Shown here in pieces: positions 18,113 through 21,698 of a stretch of DNA of 21,698 nucleotides (its first letter is position 1; every line of letters begins with the position of its first letter). The stretch spans positions 80,894-102,591 of the forward strand of contig JAURAC010000006.1 of assembly GCA_030586555.1 (NCBI GenBank), written 5' to 3'. The translations under genes were made by a program, and so were the position numbers. A model generated the notes under the pieces. It did no database searches. It was given only the letters and a program-made list of their open reading frames with translations, and was not told where the DNA came from. This DNA comes from Candidatus Subterrananammoxibius californiae. Its GTDB lineage: Bacteria; Planctomycetota; Brocadiia; Brocadiales; Subterrananammoxibiaceae.

Positions 18113-19201
18113 TTATAAATTGAAATATTTTTCCTTCAGTATCCCTGAAACCTCAGCAGTCAGGAACATTGCTTTTTCTGATTCCTCAACGGTCAGTGTG
18201 CCTGTGCCGCAGCTTGGGGTTATGAGGGCGCGTTCTCTTATCAATTGGCGGTCAATGCCCTTGCCTGTGAGGTATTCTATCCCCGATTCCATTTTTTTAA
18301 TAAGCCCTTTTGTCGTTACGTTGGCAACCTCTGAGGAGGTCGGGACTATGCCCCAGGCAAGGATGCCTCCTCTTTTAAAGAATGAATCAATCTCCCGCCA
18401 GTACATGAGCAGTTTTTCCATATATTCAAAGGCGTCAAAGCTGATGATGTCAACCGTAGTTTCCATGAGCATTGCCCAATCAGTGTTGGCACAGCAGTGA
18501 ATCCCTGCAATGCCTCCGCGGCGGTGAATGGCATCAAAAATCTCGTTAAGGGAACTAATAACCTTCTCCCTGCTTATGCTCAAAAACGGTGTGCCGAAGC
18601 TTGCAAGAGACGGCTCATCGGCAAAGATGATTGGCGTTGCTTTGTATTTTGAGAGGATATCAAGCTGCCAGCAAGCCTTCATCGAAAGCAGTTTTATTAC
18701 GGCATCGTTAGCGGTCTCATCATAAATGATAGGCATGCCCTTGGTATCTTTTATTGTGGCTGCGAGTGTAATTGGACCAACGATTTGTCCTTTCAGGAAT
18801 CTGAGTTGTGCGGGAGGGGTTTTCTCAATATATTTAAGCATCGTGGGAAAGCCGATGGAATAATTTTCACTTATGGGAAATAGAGAAGGATCTTCTTGAA
18901 GGTACTTTTCATAAAAGGCTTCGAGTGGTGCAGAGGTGTCTCCTGAGTTATTATAGAAAATCCTTTTTTCTTCCGGTAGTAATTTCAGGCAGGGAAAGCC
19001 TTCTGTATACTGGATGCACATCTCCTCCCGCATGTCCCGCTTTGGCAACTGAGGCCAGCAGGGAATTTCTGGTATGGTTTTTAATATGAGCTGGCATGCC
19101 TCGTCCACATTATTGTGTGGAAAGCTGCCTATGGCAGTTGCAGAACAGTTTGCCTCAAATGTTCGCCTCGGCGAATCTGCCTCTGGCACGAGTGGATTCA
19201 T
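18113..19201 (-). CDS. Core (catalytic-domain-only) methionine synthase, MesB-like
   Basis: TAIGSFPH, WPQLP, KGQIVGPIT, DEPSL; Zn ligands GIHCC, SFDAF and ITPSCG; no N-terminal folate-binding barrel. Start moved to ATG 19201 because the track start lies inside the heptamer repeat. Confidence 0.8.
   Translation of the reverse strand: MNPLVPEADSPRRTFEANCSATAIGSFPHNNVDEACQLILKTIPEIPCWPQLPKRDMREEMCIQYTEGFPCLKLLPEEKRIFYNNSGDTSAPLEAFYEKYLQEDPSLFPISENYSIGFPTMLKYIEKTPPAQLRFLKGQIVGPITLAATIKDTKGMPIIYDETANDAVIKLLSMKACWQLDILSKYKATPIIFADEPSLASFGTPFLSISREKVISSLNEIFDAIHRRGGIAGIHCCANTDWAMLMETTVDIISFDAFEYMEKLLMYWREIDSFFKRGGILAWGIVPTSSEVANVTTKGLIKKMESGIEYLTGKGIDRQLIRERALITPSCGTGTLTVEESEKAMFLTAEVSGILKEKYFNL
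19161..19188. repeat. Tandem short palindromes within the 5' end of the methionine synthase ORF
   Basis: TTCGCC-TC-GGCGAA followed by TGCC-TCT-GGCA; encodes VPEADSPRRT. Confidence 0.5.
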
Positions 19202-19208
19202 AGCGAAT

Positions 19209-19294
19209 AAATCCCAACTACCAATTACCAATTTTGAGAATTGGGATTTGGTAGTTTATTTGGCATTTGGGTTTTGGGACTTGGTAATTGAGTT
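19209..19294. repeat. Degenerate heptamer tandem repeats in two inverted blocks
   Basis: AAATCCC AACTACC AATTACC, then TTGAGAA TTGGGAT TTGGTAG TTTAT TTGGCAT TTGGGTT TTGGGAC TTGGTAA TTGAGTT. Confidence 0.85.
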
Positions 19295-20026
19295 TCATAA
19301 GTTCTTGTATTTCTTTCTCACCTCTTCAATCTTCCCGCAGTAAAACTTTCCTTCCGTGCAAGGACCCGCAAGGCACCCTGGTCCCGATTTGCCGAAGATA
19401 TTCGGGGAGACCTTTCTTGCAATGCGCAGCATCTCCGTTGCAAGCTCCCGAATCTCCCACTGCGCCCGCTCGCAGCAGCGCATCGTAAAGAAGTGTAGTA
19501 ATTCCCGTGCATTCATTGTAATAATAATTTTCGTTTCAGTGGCATTTGGAAGAAGAAAGCGCGCATCCTCATACGCTTTTTCCCCTTTGCCACCGAGTGC
19601 ATCAACTAATTCATCGTACCATTTCTGAACCTCTTGCATTTTTTCGATAAACCATTCCTCTTTTCCTGCCGCTGCCACACTCGGCGGGATTACGAAATCA
19701 AATTGTCTGCTTGTCTTTTCACTTTGTTTACCTACATATCGCTGGCTCTGTTGTGAGTAAGAAGCTAATCTATGCCTTACAAGCTGGTGAGAACATGCGC
19801 GGGAGATTCCCTCTACCCCAAAGGAAAATGAAACGTGTTCAATAGGTGAGAGGTGCCCCATGGAGAGTAACTTGTCAATGAACCTTTTTTGGTCGGTTTT
19901 TTCTATAGCCTCAGTAAGCTCGTCTATTTTTGTCGGACTGTAGCATAGTTTCGCTGCCTCTGCAATGAGTTTTTCAGGTTCTTGCGTATACCTGAGTAAT
20001 ACTACATGGAGTGCGGCTTCTCCCAT
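19295..20026 (-). CDS. thyX: FAD-dependent thymidylate synthase
   Basis: GHLSPIEH, SHQLVRHRLASYSQQSQRY (RHR-x7-S), EDARFLLP, RAQWEIR. Confidence 0.97.
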   Translation of the reverse strand: MGEAALHVVLLRYTQEPEKLIAEAAKLCYSPTKIDELTEAIEKTDQKRFIDKLLSMGHLSPIEHVSFSFGVEGISRACSHQLVRHRLASYSQQSQRYVGKQSEKTSRQFDFVIPPSVAAAGKEEWFIEKMQEVQKWYDELVDALGGKGEKAYEDARFLLPNATETKIIITMNARELLHFFTMRCCERAQWEIRELATEMLRIARKVSPNIFGKSGPGCLAGPCTEGKFYCGKIEEVRKKYKNL

Positions 20027-20554
20027 TTAAAATTCTATTCCCTTCTGTGCCTCGGTGCCTTCGGCGTAATGGTGCTTAATCTCACGCATCTCGGTAACGA
20101 TATCTGCCTTCTCTATTATTTTTGCATGCGCCCCTCTGCCGGTAAGTATCAGGTGGAGTCTTGCTGGTTTCTTCTCAAGCAGTTCCAGCACCTCCTCAAC
20201 GGGGAGCAGTCCATAGCCCACCACGTAATTGATTTCATCCAGAATTATCATATCGTATTTATCGGACATGACCTCTCTTTTCATGCGTTCCCAGGAATCA
20301 CGAATATTCTGGCGTTCCTCGGCTGTGATAGGCTTCCCCCCTACACCTATAAACCCCATGCCGAGAGGTTCGATTTTAAAATCAGGCGCAAGCTTTCTTA
20401 TCGCTTCAAGCTCTCCATACTTCCATGTGCCTTTGATGAACTGAAGCATGAGCACCTTCAACCCTTGCCCGTACGCCCTCAAGCCCGTGCCTATGGCGGA
20501 GGTAGTCTTCCCCTTCCCATTGCCAGTATAGACTATGATTGTGCCGTTGTTCAT
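20027..20554 (-). CDS. cobO: Cob(I)alamin/cob(I)yrinic acid diamide adenosyltransferase (CobA/CobO/BtuR)
   Basis: YTGNGKGKTT, QFIKG, ILDEIN, LTGR, AD.VTEM..IKH, GIEF; its stop directly abuts the thyX ATG. Confidence 0.95.
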   Translation of the reverse strand: MNNGTIIVYTGNGKGKTTSAIGTGLRAYGQGLKVLMLQFIKGTWKYGELEAIRKLAPDFKIEPLGMGFIGVGGKPITAEERQNIRDSWERMKREVMSDKYDMIILDEINYVVGYGLLPVEEVLELLEKKPARLHLILTGRGAHAKIIEKADIVTEMREIKHHYAEGTEAQKGIEF

Positions 20555-20565
20555 TTGCCCTCATT

Positions 20566-20605
20566 CTGACAAGCTAACAAGCTGGTCAGCCTGCTTGCTT
20601 GTCAG
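20566..20605. repeat. Inverted repeat built from ACAAGCT-like units just upstream of cobO
   Basis: CTGACAAGC (20566-20574) / GCTTGTCAG (20597-20605) with inner GCTG/CAGC. Confidence 0.55.
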
Positions 20606-20649
20606 CTTGCTTTGTGGTTAATTTGAAACTCCTGAACATTAAATTCTTG

Positions 20650-20684
20650 TTGACATAGTAGCCTATTTTGTTATACATTTGCAA
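20650..20684. promoter_or_regulatory. Putative overlapping divergent sigma70 promoters
   Basis: Plus strand TTGACA (20650-20655)-N16-TATACA with TGn; minus strand TTGCAA (20684-20679)-N18-TACTAT (20660-20655). Confidence 0.4.
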
Positions 20685-20775
20685 TAGAAATTTTCATGAT
20701 AGCCGCAATAAAAGACCGCGTATCACATAAGCAGTGTAATCCTTGTTAAGTCTAAAAGTAAGAATAGAGGTAAAT

Positions 20776-21006
20776 ATGTTTCGATGTCATGTATGTAGTT
20801 CAACAGAGGCAAAAAAAGAATACGTTAACGAGATATTCCAGGTTAATAATAAGCGTGTTCTTGTAGAACGTATTCCAGCAGTAGTTTGTGTGCGCTGTGG
20901 CGAGGAAACATTTAGTCGCGAAACAACAGAACGAATTCGACAAATGGTACATGGTGAAGCAAAACCGGTAAAGTCAATTTCCATGGATGTATTTACCTTT
21001 GCATGA
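20776..21006 (+). CDS. YgiT-type zinc finger protein (MqsA N-terminal-like antitoxin), 76 aa
   Basis: M..CHVC...VERIPAVVCVRCGEETF; GAGGT SD before ATG 20776, so the start was moved from the track's upstream TTG. Confidence 0.88.
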   Translation: MFRCHVCSSTEAKKEYVNEIFQVNNKRVLVERIPAVVCVRCGEETFSRETTERIRQMVHGEAKPVKSISMDVFTFA

Positions 21007-21030
21007 AAAAATGACGCACACAAGGTTGGT

Positions 21031-21108
21031 ATAATAGGGACAAAGTGTCTTGCCAAGAGGCAGGACGAAGAAACAAAGCACAAATAAAAAGTGGCTGTCC
21101 CTAATTAT
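21031..21108. mobile_element. 78-bp MITE/REP-like element with terminal inverted repeats
   Basis: ATAATAGGGACA (21031-21042) / TGTCCCTAATTAT (21096-21108); internal hairpin GTCTTGCC-AAGA-GGCAGGAC (21047-21066). Mobility is inferred. Confidence 0.5.
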
Positions 21109-21125
21109 TCACAAAATGATAGGAA

Positions 21126-21323
21126 ATGGCGAGAAAGGTCAGAGACCTCATAAGAGATTTGGAAAAAGCAGGTTTTGCTAACAGAGGAGGTAAGGGAAGC
21201 CATAGAAACTTTGTCCATCCAAAGGTTGCAAAGCCAGTTACTATCTCAGGAAATGAGAACGATGACGCAAAGCATTATCAAGAGAAAGCTGTACGACTTG
21301 CCATAGAGGAGATTAAGAAATGA
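21126..21323 (+). CDS. hicA: HicA family mRNase toxin
   Basis: L.KAGF....GKGSHR.F.HP motif; 65 aa; ATGA overlap with hicB. Confidence 0.92.
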   Translation: MARKVRDLIRDLEKAGFANRGGKGSHRNFVHPKVAKPVTISGNENDDAKHYQEKAVRLAIEEIKK

Positions 21324-21559
21324 AGGAAGCAGATAAATATGTAAAACTTGTCGAATGGTCCGATCAGGATCAATGCTTTATTGGGAGTTGCCCAGAACTT
21401 TTTTACGGTGGCTGTCACGGGAATGATTCGAGAGCAGTTTTTGATGAACTATGCCAGATTGTTGAGGAAATGACCGAAATTTATAAAAAAGAGGGCAGGC
21501 ATCTCCCTACACCCCTTTCTGGTAAAGAATTCGTAAATACAATGCAGAAGATTGCATAA
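21320..21559 (+). CDS. hicB: Short HicB family antitoxin without a DNA-binding domain
   Basis: Y...VEWS..D..FIG.CPEL..GGCHG...EG..LP.P; translationally coupled to hicA. Confidence 0.9.
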   Translation: MKEADKYVKLVEWSDQDQCFIGSCPELFYGGCHGNDSRAVFDELCQIVEEMTEIYKKEGRHLPTPLSGKEFVNTMQKIA

Positions 21560-21631
21560 CATGCGGGGGGGGGTAAAGGGGTCACCCATTAGTGATTTAA
21601 ATTTTCTAATTGTTTATTAATTTTATCTTCT

Positions 21632-21697
21632 TTAGATATCTTTGATTTCATACATGTCCTCGAAAGTTTTTATCGGGGAATAGTTACTCGCCGACTT
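21632..21697 (-). CDS. Possible 3' end of a gene entering from beyond the window
   Basis: Open frame ...KSASNYSPIKTFEDMYEIKDI* overlapping a following ATG with a GAGGA SD; too short to identify. Confidence 0.3.
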   Translation of the reverse strand, partial: KSASNYSPIKTFEDMYEIKDI

Positions 21698-21698
21698 A

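Noticed and set aside
19202..19231. Track start of the methionine synthase ORF at 19231
   Set aside because: The extension is translated heptamer repeat; ATG at 19201 is more plausible.
20047..20066. GCC-TC-GGT/GCC-TTC-GGC mini-palindromes at the cobO 3' end
   Set aside because: They fall in a normal-length conserved C-terminus with no sign of insertion.
20555..20775. Cobalamin riboswitch upstream of cobO
   Set aside because: No B12-box or conserved GGGAA/GCCACTG core elements seen.

Overview
Chromosomal replication-origin region of an anaerobic bacterium. A Planctomycetota/Brocadiia-like host is inferred from the gene set and protein signatures, not from a marker gene. The minus-strand core is glnB-glnA-dnaA-[oriC]-dnaN-dciA(DUF721)-gyrB-gyrA-DUF2851, with no recF. 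It is flanked by a class III sirtuin (cobB) and a cobO-thyX-core methionine synthase (MesB-like) operon. AT-rich accessory genes are interspersed. At left are an orphan minimal nucleotidyltransferase, a DEDD exonuclease and a pRiA4b ORF-3 gene, plus a degenerate NMP-kinase/nucleoside-deoxyribosyltransferase fusion convergent with a 94-aa ORF that has a structured leader. In the middle is a DUF4209-type HEPN gene whose 3' flank carries a solitary 37-bp CRISPR-like repeat abutting a GTAG REP palindrome. At right are an orphan YgiT zinc finger and hicAB among small inverted-repeat elements. Main oddities: the solitary repeat next to the HEPN gene, the kinase-NDT module, dnaA only 41 bp behind glnA, a P-II with substituted ligand-binding residues, and non-canonical gyrase DNA-gate motifs. 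All family calls come from motif recognition by eye; no database search was run.
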